Positions 1 to 8,108 of a DNA stretch of 64,000 nucleotides are shown piece by piece (within the stretch, counting starts at the first letter, position 1; each line of letters begins with the position of its first letter). Location of the stretch: the NCBI GenBank assembly GCA_040767225.1, contig JAXGOY010000003.1, positions 2,031 through 66,030 of the forward strand, given 5' to 3'. This stretch comes from Candidatus Dojkabacteria bacterium (GTDB taxonomy: Bacteria; Patescibacteriota; Dojkabacteria; SC72). The notes below the pieces were generated by a model. The model did not search any database. It was not told the origin of the DNA and was given only the letters and a program-made list of their open reading frames with translations. The position numbers and the translations under genes were made by a program.

Positions 1-299
1 ATTGAGGCTGCTAACCCTACAGCAATTGTTGATACATCACATTTTATATAGTTCATAGTATCTAGTATTGCCATACCTGCATTTATTTCTCCCCCAGGAG
101 AGTTTATAAACATCTGAATATCTTCATCAGGATTTTCTTTTTCTAAAAACAAAAGCTGAGCTACTATTGTATTAGCTAAATGTGTTTCAATGGGACCTCC
201 TAAAAATACAATTCTATCTTTAAGAAGTCTAGAATATATATCATATGCTCTTTCTCCTTCCCTATCTTTTTCGATTACTGTTGGTATTAAAAATGCCAT
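1..299 (-). CDS. clpP: ATP-dependent Clp protease proteolytic subunit ClpP (3' end beyond window edge)
   Basis: Reverse-strand translation from ATG at 299 gives [82 protein letters not shown]..., near-identical to the ClpP N-terminus and the Ser-protease GG motif. Conserved tig-clpP order. Confidence 0.9.
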   Translation of the reverse strand, partial: MAFLIPTVIEKDREGERAYDIYSRLLKDRIVFLGGPIETHLANTIVAQLLFLEKENPDEDIQMFINSPGGEINAGMAILDTMNYIKCDVSTIAVGLAAS

Positions 300-318
300 A
301 TATTTAAATATTTACATT

Positions 319-1362
319 TTAATTATGTTCATCTATATACTCTTTGCCTAATACCTCTTCAATAAAAGAATTAAATGCTTTTTCTTTTCTTCCTACCCTC
401 TTCATATTTTCTCTCCACTCTAAATTACTAAATATATCTTTATCTACATCAGCTCTTTGCTTTTTAATTTCTTCTATTCTTGCATCAAGCTCCTCGTCTG
501 TCATTTGTATATTTCTTGAATCAGCATAAAGGGTTAGAAAGACATCTGCCTCTATTGCTTCTTTTGCATCAAGCTTCCACAACTCTCTCATCTTTTCTAT
601 TGTAATATTATTAGCTTTAAGAAAATCATCAATATTAATCCCTCTGCTCTTCATATCTTCAACAAAAGCTTTTTCTCTTTCCTGTGCCTCATAATCAATT
701 GCCTGTTGAGGTATTTCAATATTACACTCTTTTATTGCCAGTTTTAGTGCACTGTCCTGCATTTGATGAATTTGATAATGTTCTTTTTCTTTTAAAAGTG
801 CATCTTTAATTTTTTCTTTTAAAGCATCTAAAGTTTTAATCTCTTTCTCTCCTATTATTTCTCCTATTTCTTTTGCCCATTCATCATTTATTTCTTTTGT
901 TTTTGTTTTTTGTGATTTCTTAAGTTCATTTAAAGCACTATCTATTTCACTTTGTTCAACTGTAAGCTTTTCTTTTGGAACTTTTACCTTTTTCATATCA
1001 CCAAGTTTAAAAGTAGGCATTGTTGTAACAGTTATTGTAAAAGGAATATCTAAGTTTTCCATGAACTTAGGAAGCTCTTTGAATTCAGGTGGTGCAATTG
1101 GATCTATGTTTTCCTTTGTGAGCACATTGTTAATGTATAATGGGGCTAATCTTTGGAAAGTTTCTAATCTTAAAACATCTTTTGCCTCATTACTTATAAA
1201 ATCTGCAGGTACTTTTCCTTTCCTGAAACCTTTAACATCTAAATCTTTAGAGTAGTCTTGGAGCATTAAATCATATGAATGCTTAAAACTGTCCGCAGGA
1301 ATTGTAATATTCAATTCATGAGTATATTCATTAATATCTTTTCTTGTGTATTTAGTATCCAT
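319..1362 (-). CDS. tig: Trigger factor (ribosome-associated chaperone / PPIase)
   Basis: 347 aa with the N-terminal ribosome-binding signature GFRKGKVP. Length and charge pattern are typical. Sits upstream of clpP. Confidence 0.88.
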   Translation of the reverse strand: MDTKYTRKDINEYTHELNITIPADSFKHSYDLMLQDYSKDLDVKGFRKGKVPADFISNEAKDVLRLETFQRLAPLYINNVLTKENIDPIAPPEFKELPKFMENLDIPFTITVTTMPTFKLGDMKKVKVPKEKLTVEQSEIDSALNELKKSQKTKTKEINDEWAKEIGEIIGEKEIKTLDALKEKIKDALLKEKEHYQIHQMQDSALKLAIKECNIEIPQQAIDYEAQEREKAFVEDMKSRGINIDDFLKANNITIEKMRELWKLDAKEAIEADVFLTLYADSRNIQMTDEELDARIEEIKKQRADVDKDIFSNLEWRENMKRVGRKEKAFNSFIEEVLGKEYIDEHN

Positions 1363-1398
1363 TAATATATTTATTGAAATTAAGAAATGTATTGTATT

Positions 1399-2091
1399 CT
1401 ATGTGTTTTTATACAATTTGTCCAGTTTTCCGACTATAACTAGTCTTTGCTTTGAAGTCCATAGGGGAGAACAAGTGATTAATGTAATTCTGTAATCAGA
1501 GTAATCTTGAAGAACAGAGATATCATTTTTCTCAACTACCTTTGTTTCTGTAACTATGTATGTGAATTGATTGTCATTTTGAACAACCTCAATCTTATCC
1601 CCTACTTTTACCTTATCTAAGTTAAAAAAGGTGTCTTTGTTGGGAGGAAGCTTTGCATACCTGTGTCCAATTACTACCATGTTGCCCTTTTGTCCAGGGA
1701 GATTTGAGGAAGGAAAATGCCAGAAGCCTTTGTTCATTGTATGAGAGTCTGTACCTTCATATACAAGACCTTCTGCATCAATGGAGTTAATAATTATTTT
1801 AGTATTTAATTCTTCTAATATCTTTTTATCAAGGACTGTTTGGGGATTAAGACTCTCTTCTATGCTTTGTCCTCCAGAACTTTGTATTGCAACACCTAAG
1901 ACTTCATCTTTTGTAGGTACAAGTTCTGTGATAATTTGGAAGGTTATCTCCTCTGCACTCCTCTGTATATTAAATCTTTTTATAGGCCCAATTAATTTGT
2001 TGTAATTTGGATAAATTAGAAAGTACCCAAGAGGGGTTAGTATCGTTAATATTAGTATTATTGTAATTGCTGTTTTGGCACTTTTCTTCAT
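1399..2091 (-). CDS. Sortase family transpeptidase
   Basis: N-terminal TM anchor, conserved His (VVIGHR), active-site TLITC motif and downstream Arg. Confidence 0.8.
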   Translation of the reverse strand: MKKSAKTAITIILILTILTPLGYFLIYPNYNKLIGPIKRFNIQRSAEEITFQIITELVPTKDEVLGVAIQSSGGQSIEESLNPQTVLDKKILEELNTKIIINSIDAEGLVYEGTDSHTMNKGFWHFPSSNLPGQKGNMVVIGHRYAKLPPNKDTFFNLDKVKVGDKIEVVQNDNQFTYIVTETKVVEKNDISVLQDYSDYRITLITCSPLWTSKQRLVIVGKLDKLYKNT

Positions 2092-2186
2092 GCTTTTATT
2101 TTATCATTTAATTGAGTATCTTGCACTATTTTTAATTTTGTTTTATGCTATATGCATAGACTATATAAATTTTAATATAGGTTGGT

Positions 2187-3110
2187 GTGGCAAAGAAAAA
2201 AAATATTAAAAAATCTGCCTCAAAAGTATCTAAAAAAGAAGAAAGTATGAAGAATAAGGTTGAGATAAAGCAGCCTTCTTCTGCTAAACAGGAAAAACTT
2301 TCTAGGTTAGTTGGCTCTATCTTTATTGGTTTAGGTGTTCTTCTTGTAGCTTTTGGAATTTTTTCATATATAAAATATAGGGAGGAACCATTACTTGATC
2401 CTGAGTTTGAATCCCCGCTATTAGAGAATGTAACATCAGTAACTAATGGGGATGTAATAAAAATACAAGGAAGTGCTAAGGGATATGACAATGTCTTTAT
2501 ATATCTCAATGATGAGAAGATTGCAGAAGCAAAGGTAGATGATGATTCCAAGTTTAGCTATGAGTATACTGTTGAAAAAGAGGGAGAGTATAAAATTGCT
2601 GTTGCTGGTGTAAAGGGTTTTCCAAGCAGAAAGATATCTCCAAAATCTGAAATTGCAACTTCAATTGTTGATAGAACAGCACCAAGCAAAGAAGGTGTTA
2701 CCCTTAAATATGGTACAGAAACAAACAAAAACACATTCATACTTGTTGGTACTGTAGAACCTAATGCAACAGTAGAGGTAAAAAGAGGAACTGATAGTTT
2801 TAGTGCATTAGCTGATAAAGATGGAAACTTTAGGATTGAGGGTATAAAACTTGAAGAAGGGAAGAATGTGTATTCTGTATACATAAAAGATTTAGCAGGA
2901 AATGAAGTACAGCTTGATGAGAAAGTAAGAGTAAACTACTCTCCTCTTGGCAGTGTTAATGGAGATGCAGTTGTTGATCAGAATATTCCACAGGCAGCAG
3001 GGACATTTGATGAGTTAATAGGGAATAATTTAATGATGATATTTGGTTTACTTGCCTTACTTGCATTTGTAATAAGTTCTTCTGTTGTATATTTGAAGAA
3101 TAAAAGATAA
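2187..3110 (+). CDS. Membrane-anchored surface protein with Ig-like beta-sandwich domains; candidate sortase substrate
   Basis: Lys-rich N-terminus plus TM helix and beta-rich repeats (TVEVKRGTD.., KIAVAGVKG..). C-terminal tripartite signal: IPQAAGT motif, hydrophobic stretch LMMIFGLLALLAFVISSSVVYL, then KNKR tail. Divergent from the sortase gene. Confidence 0.45.
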   Translation: MAKKKNIKKSASKVSKKEESMKNKVEIKQPSSAKQEKLSRLVGSIFIGLGVLLVAFGIFSYIKYREEPLLDPEFESPLLENVTSVTNGDVIKIQGSAKGYDNVFIYLNDEKIAEAKVDDDSKFSYEYTVEKEGEYKIAVAGVKGFPSRKISPKSEIATSIVDRTAPSKEGVTLKYGTETNKNTFILVGTVEPNATVEVKRGTDSFSALADKDGNFRIEGIKLEEGKNVYSVYIKDLAGNEVQLDEKVRVNYSPLGSVNGDAVVDQNIPQAAGTFDELIGNNLMMIFGLLALLAFVISSSVVYLKNKR

Positions 3111-3131
3111 GGGTTGTTACATTGAAATGAG

Positions 3132-3159
3132 AAGAGAGGTGTAAAAGCCTCTCTTTTTT
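3132..3159 (+). terminator. Rho-independent terminator after the surface-protein gene
   Basis: aagagagg tgtaaaag cctctctt hairpin (8 bp stem) followed by TTTTTTG, 20 nt after the stop codon. Confidence 0.5.
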
Positions 3160-3173
3160 GTATAATAGAGAGT

Positions 3174-4250
3174 ATGAAAAGAATAATTTTGTTAATTTTA
3201 TTATTTATTACCTTCTTTTTGGTCTCTCCTGTTTATGCTCAAAAGGAAGTTTTCTATCATGGGGTAATAAATGGATATAAAGAGATTCCATGCTTTAAGG
3301 CATTAGAAGGTAGTTATAAATGTTTTGAGTATTATGTAGATATAGAGGAGTTAAATGATCAGAAAGTTATTTCTCCGATATTATCAGAGAATGAAGAGTC
3401 AAGATTTAGGAAAGGAGATAAAGTGTTTGTTTCTTTTCTTAGTGATGAGTATGGAAATGAAGAATGGAGTATAACAGGGTATGATAGAAATGGCTCAATA
3501 CTATTAATAGTTTGTTGTTTTTCTGCTCTGGCTTTAATTATAGGTGGGAAGCAGGGCTTTGGATCACTAGTTAGCTTAATTTTTACTGTTTTAATCCTTT
3601 ATCTTTGGGCTATACCTAGGATACTTAATGGTGCTGATGTCATATCTACAGGGATAATTTCTGTAATTGTAATGATTGTTGTAATTATGTATTCTTCTTA
3701 TGGTATTAATATAAAGAGTCATATTGGTGTAATTTCCTGCATAATAGGTGTGTTAATTGTCGGGCTCCTTGCGAAGTTATTTGTTAATCTGACAAATATT
3801 AATGGTTCAGGAAGTGAAGAGGCATTTCTCCTTTTTAGTCAAACTGGCGGAGATATAAGCCTGGCAGATGTCTTTTTTATAAGTATTCTAATTGGTTCAA
3901 TGGGAGTTCTTGATGATGTTGTAATGAGTCAAATATCGGCAGCCTCTGAGTTGTATACAACAGATAAAGGGTTAAGTGGCTTTGAGTTGTATAAAAAGGC
4001 AATGAATATTGGTAAGGACCATTTATCTTCAATGGTAAACACTCTTTTTATTGCTTATGCTGGTTCTAGTCTTGCGACGGTAATGCTTCTTATCTACAAT
4101 AGCAAAGAGATGGGGAATATTTTACAGATGGATTTTATTGCAGAGGAAATTGTCCGAAGTTTAGTGTCAAGTATGGGAATACTTTTAATAGTACCAATTA
4201 CTTCTATAATTGCTGCGAAGGTAATACCTAGCATATTGAATGAGAAATAA
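3174..4250 (+). CDS. Multi-pass membrane protein, YibE/F-like
   Basis: Signal peptide (MKRIILLILLFITFFLVSPVYAQ), soluble N-domain, then about 7 TM helices with a GGKQGFGSLVSL motif resembling the YibE/F family. Confidence 0.45.
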   Translation: MKRIILLILLFITFFLVSPVYAQKEVFYHGVINGYKEIPCFKALEGSYKCFEYYVDIEELNDQKVISPILSENEESRFRKGDKVFVSFLSDEYGNEEWSITGYDRNGSILLIVCCFSALALIIGGKQGFGSLVSLIFTVLILYLWAIPRILNGADVISTGIISVIVMIVVIMYSSYGINIKSHIGVISCIIGVLIVGLLAKLFVNLTNINGSGSEEAFLLFSQTGGDISLADVFFISILIGSMGVLDDVVMSQISAASELYTTDKGLSGFELYKKAMNIGKDHLSSMVNTLFIAYAGSSLATVMLLIYNSKEMGNILQMDFIAEEIVRSLVSSMGILLIVPITSIIAAKVIPSILNEK

Positions 4251-4295
4251 TGTATACTTTAATTGTTAGCCTGAGTAATATATTAATAATAAATT

Positions 4296-5444
4296 ATGAA
4301 AGTATTAAATATAAATAAACCAGAAGAAAAGAGAGACTATATTAAAGAGTTAAGTGAACTTCAAAAGGCCAAAAGTCAAAAACAAACACAGCAGCCTGTT
4401 TTTACTATTGAGTTTTCATGGAAGTTTTTGGCATTAGTATTTTTTGTTATTGCATTAGTATTATGGGGAGAACAACTTTTAGGTATTGCAGTATTTCTTT
4501 TTTTAAGCTTTGTAATTATGTCTGCTGCTCTTCCAATTATAAACTGGTTTAAAAAAGAGGGAATATCAAAAGGATGGGCAATAGCAGTTACATATTTCTT
4601 GGGATTAATACTTCTTCTTGCTGTTGTTGCTTTAATAGTTATACCTTTAATTAATCAGATAAGTGGATTAGGAAACAATATTCCTGTTTGGGTTGAAAAT
4701 ATAACAGAGAATTTAAAAACACTAAATATTTTAGGTTTTGCTATTGACGAGAAAGCTATAAAGGATACATTAATTCAATGGTTAGAGAGATTTACATCAG
4801 CTGATAGTTTTCAAAATATTACAAGTGCTATTGGTGGTGCTGCTGAATGGGCCTCTATAGTACTAGCATCTTTTGTTTTTTCTGTTTATTTGATACTAGA
4901 TCATGATAAAGTGTTGGATTTTGTATTAATTAGGATACATTCAGATGAAAAGAGGTCTAGAGTTAAAAAACTTGTTTTGGATTTAGAGTATAAATTGGGA
5001 AAATGGTTAATTGGTCAGGCAACGGTAAGTGCAATTGCTGGGACAACATTAGGTTTAGTACTTGCACTGTTCCGTATACCTTTTGCACTCCCTATGGGTG
5101 TTTTAGTTGCCCTACTCTCTGCAATTCCTTCATTGGGTGCAACTATAGCTTCAATACCGCCTCTTCTTACAGCATTAATCTTAAAAGGGCCTATGACTGC
5201 ATTAATTATTCTTTTGATATTCTTAGTATATCAGCAGGTTGAAAATAATTTGATAATTCCTAAAGTTATGGGAAATGCAGTTGAGGTAAAACCTACCCTT
5301 ATACTTTTAGCTGCAATTACATTCTTAATACTATTTGGAGTATGGGGAGCAGTTCTTTCTGTTCCTGCCATGGTTATACTTAAGATGTGCTATGAGTTCT
5401 ATATAGACTTGCAAAAAATTGATGCTAAGGGTAGCATTGATTAA
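4296..5444 (+). CDS. AI-2E family transporter (UPF0118/PerM-like)
   Basis: 382 aa, 7-8 TM helices, conserved C-terminal region (IIPKVMGNAVEVKPTLILLAAITF) typical of AI-2E/YdiK/PerM permeases. Confidence 0.7.
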   Translation: MKVLNINKPEEKRDYIKELSELQKAKSQKQTQQPVFTIEFSWKFLALVFFVIALVLWGEQLLGIAVFLFLSFVIMSAALPIINWFKKEGISKGWAIAVTYFLGLILLLAVVALIVIPLINQISGLGNNIPVWVENITENLKTLNILGFAIDEKAIKDTLIQWLERFTSADSFQNITSAIGGAAEWASIVLASFVFSVYLILDHDKVLDFVLIRIHSDEKRSRVKKLVLDLEYKLGKWLIGQATVSAIAGTTLGLVLALFRIPFALPMGVLVALLSAIPSLGATIASIPPLLTALILKGPMTALIILLIFLVYQQVENNLIIPKVMGNAVEVKPTLILLAAITFLILFGVWGAVLSVPAMVILKMCYEFYIDLQKIDAKGSID

Positions 5445-5468
5445 TATAAATATTTAACTGCCTAAAGA

Positions 5469-8063
5469 ATGTCTGATACACCAATTAAAGTTAAAAGAGC
5501 TGTATATTTCTGGGAGGATTATGCATTTACCAAATTGCAGGAATCATCTGTAGGGAGAAAAGGATTATCACTTTTTGAACTTAAGGATATGGATATTCCA
5601 ATACCTGATTTTTTTGTTGTATCTCCCGTTGTATTTGATAAAGTTGTATCTCAAGCAATAGTTAGAGATGTACAAACCTTGTTTGAGAAAGGAAAAAATC
5701 CTGAAGAGTCAGAAGTACTTAACTCTATTCTTAAAACTGAGATTGATGAAGAATATATAGAGGAGATACTTTCTGCATATGCAAGAATATCTGGATTTAC
5801 TGATGCATGGGTTTCAGTAAGGTCTTCCGTTGTATATCCCGCTAACCCTCAAGTATCTTTTTCTGGGGTATTTTCAACAGAGTTAAATGTAAGAGGTACA
5901 AGGAATTTGATTGATTCCATAAAGAGAGTATATGCATCTTTGTTTACTGATGATGTTGTAGCATATGCTGCCTCTAAAGGTATTAATTTGGCTGATGTTA
6001 AACTTGCAGTAGTTGTCCAAAAAATGGTTCAGGCAGAGGTGAGTGGTGTTGCATTTACAATAGATCCAATAACACAGGATCCAACGAAGTTAAGCATTGA
6101 AGCAGTATTTGGTTTAGGTGATACAATTGCGCTGGGTGAGCTTACTCCTGATATATATTTGCTCAATAAAAAGGATTTAAACATTTTAGAAAAGAGAATA
6201 TCTCCTCAAGAGTGGATGAAGATAAGGAGTGTAAATAGAAGTTCAAATAAAACAGAGGGAACACAGAAGGTTACAATATCGAATGCATGGAGTCATAGGC
6301 AGAAAGTAGACGATAGGTATTTAAAGGAAATCGCTAAAATAGCATTAATAGTTGAAAATAAATTAAGAAGGGCACAGAGTATAGAATGGGTAATGTCAGG
6401 AGGAAAGATTTGGGTTTTGCAGAGTAAAGATTTGTATGAAAGATATTCTCCACAAGAGGTTGCAATTGAAAGCGCAAAGAGTTTCGATACATTAGGAGAG
6501 GTCTTAAAATGGATATTTGAGAAATATCAAGGAATAGGAATGTTAGAAGATAAGGCGCTTTCTAATGCTCAAAAGATGGTTCAGAGTAGTAAACATGAAT
6601 ATAATCCATTAACAGAGAAGTTAATTTCTGCTGCAAAGGGTGTAGTTAGGAAAGAGGAGAAAGAACAAGGAAGGCAGACTAGTGATGTGGGTGATTTAAT
6701 AATTAAAGGAGTCGGTGCAAGTTTTGGGATTGTAAGTGGTAATGTAAAGATAATTGAGAAGAACTCAAAAGTAGAGGTTAACAAGAAGGATATACTTGTA
6801 ACAAAGGAATATTCTTCTGATATGGAACCTTTAATTATTAATAGTGGTGGTGTTATTCTAGAGACTGGTGGGATTACAAGTGATGTAGCAATACTGTGCC
6901 GTGAGTTTGATATTCCAGCTGTTGTGGGTGCAACAGGGGTGAGCTCATTGCTTAAAGATGGTCAATTAATCAGACTTGATGGATATACAGGGAGTATATA
7001 CAGAGAAAAAACTGATGAAAAAGTAGTATCCCCTACTCATCCTGTTGTGCAGGCATATGTTCAGGAAGCACTTTCAGGTGTTAACCTACTAGAGAAGGAA
7101 GAGAAGAAAGAAGAAATTGTTCAGCCAATACAAGAAGAGAAGAGTGAAGAGAAAAAAGAGTATAAAATTCCTCATGATATGAACCTAGCTCCATGTGCTA
7201 CAAAAGTATTTATTAGGCCTACTGATACACCTGAGAACTTGGTTGATTATGTTGGGAATTCTCATGGTATTGTTTACATTGATATGGATAGGATTATGAT
7301 AGAAGATGGAAGGCATTTACTTGCATATGTAGAGGATAAAAAGTTTGTTGAGTATGCAAAAAGAATTTCAGAGAAAATATGTGAATATGTTGATTTAGCA
7401 GAGGGCAACCAAGTTGTCTTAGCTATAGGGGCTGCTGCTGTTTCTGAGTTTAGGGGGCTTGTTAAAGGAAAACAGTTTGAGAATAGTGAAGTTGGAGACT
7501 TGGTACATGGTCTTCCTCATTATCTTTCTAACAAGGAGCTTTTAAATAGAGTTATTAGAATTGTAAGAAGAGTAAGAAATGTGTATAAATGCAGGAATGT
7601 AGATTTTGCTGTTTACTCTCCAACTGATGTTAAATCAATGACTGAGTTTAAGAAACTTCTTCTTTCTGGTGGCTTAAGGAGAGGAGTATCTTTCAGAGTT
7701 TATGCAATACTTGATAATCCTAGTGATGTAATTTTAGCTGATGATATTTTAGCAACTAAAATTGATGGTTTAATAGTGGATATGCCTAGAATTGCTAAGA
7801 TAATGCAGGGTGCGGATATCTATGATATAGAGGCTAAATATGACTTAGGTGCCAATAGTTCACTAAAGGTAGTTGATGCAATATGTGATATATCTAAAGT
7901 ACCTTCTAAAGAGTTGATTGTAATAGCAGATGATAGTAAAGAGCTTGTTAGGTATAGTGTACAAAGAGGTGTATATGGGGTATCTGTCCTCCCCCACTCT
8001 GTTAAAGATATGAGGAAACTTGTTTCAGAAGAAGAGGCAAAGATAATACTAAGTAAAAAGTAA
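5469..8063 (+). CDS. PEP-utilising enzyme, phosphoenolpyruvate synthase-like (pyruvate, water dikinase family)
   Basis: N-terminal ATP-grasp PPDK_N domain (VSVRSSVVYPANPQVSFSGVF..., VQKMVQAEVSGVAFTIDP). Central phosphohistidine mobile domain (GGITSDVAILCREFDIPAVVG). C-terminal PEP-utilisers TIM barrel (TKVFIRP..GIVYIDMDRIM..., IDGLIVDMPRI, SVLPHSV). Lys/Glu-rich linker between the His domain and the barrel. Confidence 0.65.
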   Translation: MSDTPIKVKRAVYFWEDYAFTKLQESSVGRKGLSLFELKDMDIPIPDFFVVSPVVFDKVVSQAIVRDVQTLFEKGKNPEESEVLNSILKTEIDEEYIEEILSAYARISGFTDAWVSVRSSVVYPANPQVSFSGVFSTELNVRGTRNLIDSIKRVYASLFTDDVVAYAASKGINLADVKLAVVVQKMVQAEVSGVAFTIDPITQDPTKLSIEAVFGLGDTIALGELTPDIYLLNKKDLNILEKRISPQEWMKIRSVNRSSNKTEGTQKVTISNAWSHRQKVDDRYLKEIAKIALIVENKLRRAQSIEWVMSGGKIWVLQSKDLYERYSPQEVAIESAKSFDTLGEVLKWIFEKYQGIGMLEDKALSNAQKMVQSSKHEYNPLTEKLISAAKGVVRKEEKEQGRQTSDVGDLIIKGVGASFGIVSGNVKIIEKNSKVEVNKKDILVTKEYSSDMEPLIINSGGVILETGGITSDVAILCREFDIPAVVGATGVSSLLKDGQLIRLDGYTGSIYREKTDEKVVSPTHPVVQAYVQEALSGVNLLEKEEKKEEIVQPIQEEKSEEKKEYKIPHDMNLAPCATKVFIRPTDTPENLVDYVGNSHGIVYIDMDRIMIEDGRHLLAYVEDKKFVEYAKRISEKICEYVDLAEGNQVVLAIGAAAVSEFRGLVKGKQFENSEVGDLVHGLPHYLSNKELLNRVIRIVRRVRNVYKCRNVDFAVYSPTDVKSMTEFKKLLLSGGLRRGVSFRVYAILDNPSDVILADDILATKIDGLIVDMPRIAKIMQGADIYDIEAKYDLGANSSLKVVDAICDISKVPSKELIVIADDSKELVRYSVQRGVYGVSVLPHSVKDMRKLVSEEEAKIILSKK

Positions 8064-8108
8064 GAGTCTTTAATATTTTCCTGCTGTTTTTGGTATAATC
8101 CATGGATT

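Noticed and set aside
2132-2551. 139-aa minus-strand ORF overlapping the start of the 2187-3110 surface-protein gene
   Set aside because: Low-complexity, hydrophobic antisense frame of a well-supported gene with no conserved motifs. Typical spurious ORF in AT-rich DNA. The same reasoning applies to the other short ORFs in the track that lie antisense inside confidently identified genes (e.g. 344-529, 1061-1255, 5003-5242, 6581-6784, 9026-9355, 10626-11000, 17987-18649, 22941-23204, 25783-25977, 37786-38058, 39640-39992, 43805-43993, 45163-45684, 46929-47345, 47475-47738, 51524-51919, 53497-53982, 61398-61685).)
3161-3174. TATAAT hexamers 7-12 nt upstream of several ATG starts (3161, 8091, 9712, 51128), suggesting leaderless or short-leader transcripts
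   Set aside because: In roughly 32% GC DNA, TATAAT is expected by chance about 100 times in 64 kb on both strands, so four occurrences near starts are not significant without transcript 5'-end data.
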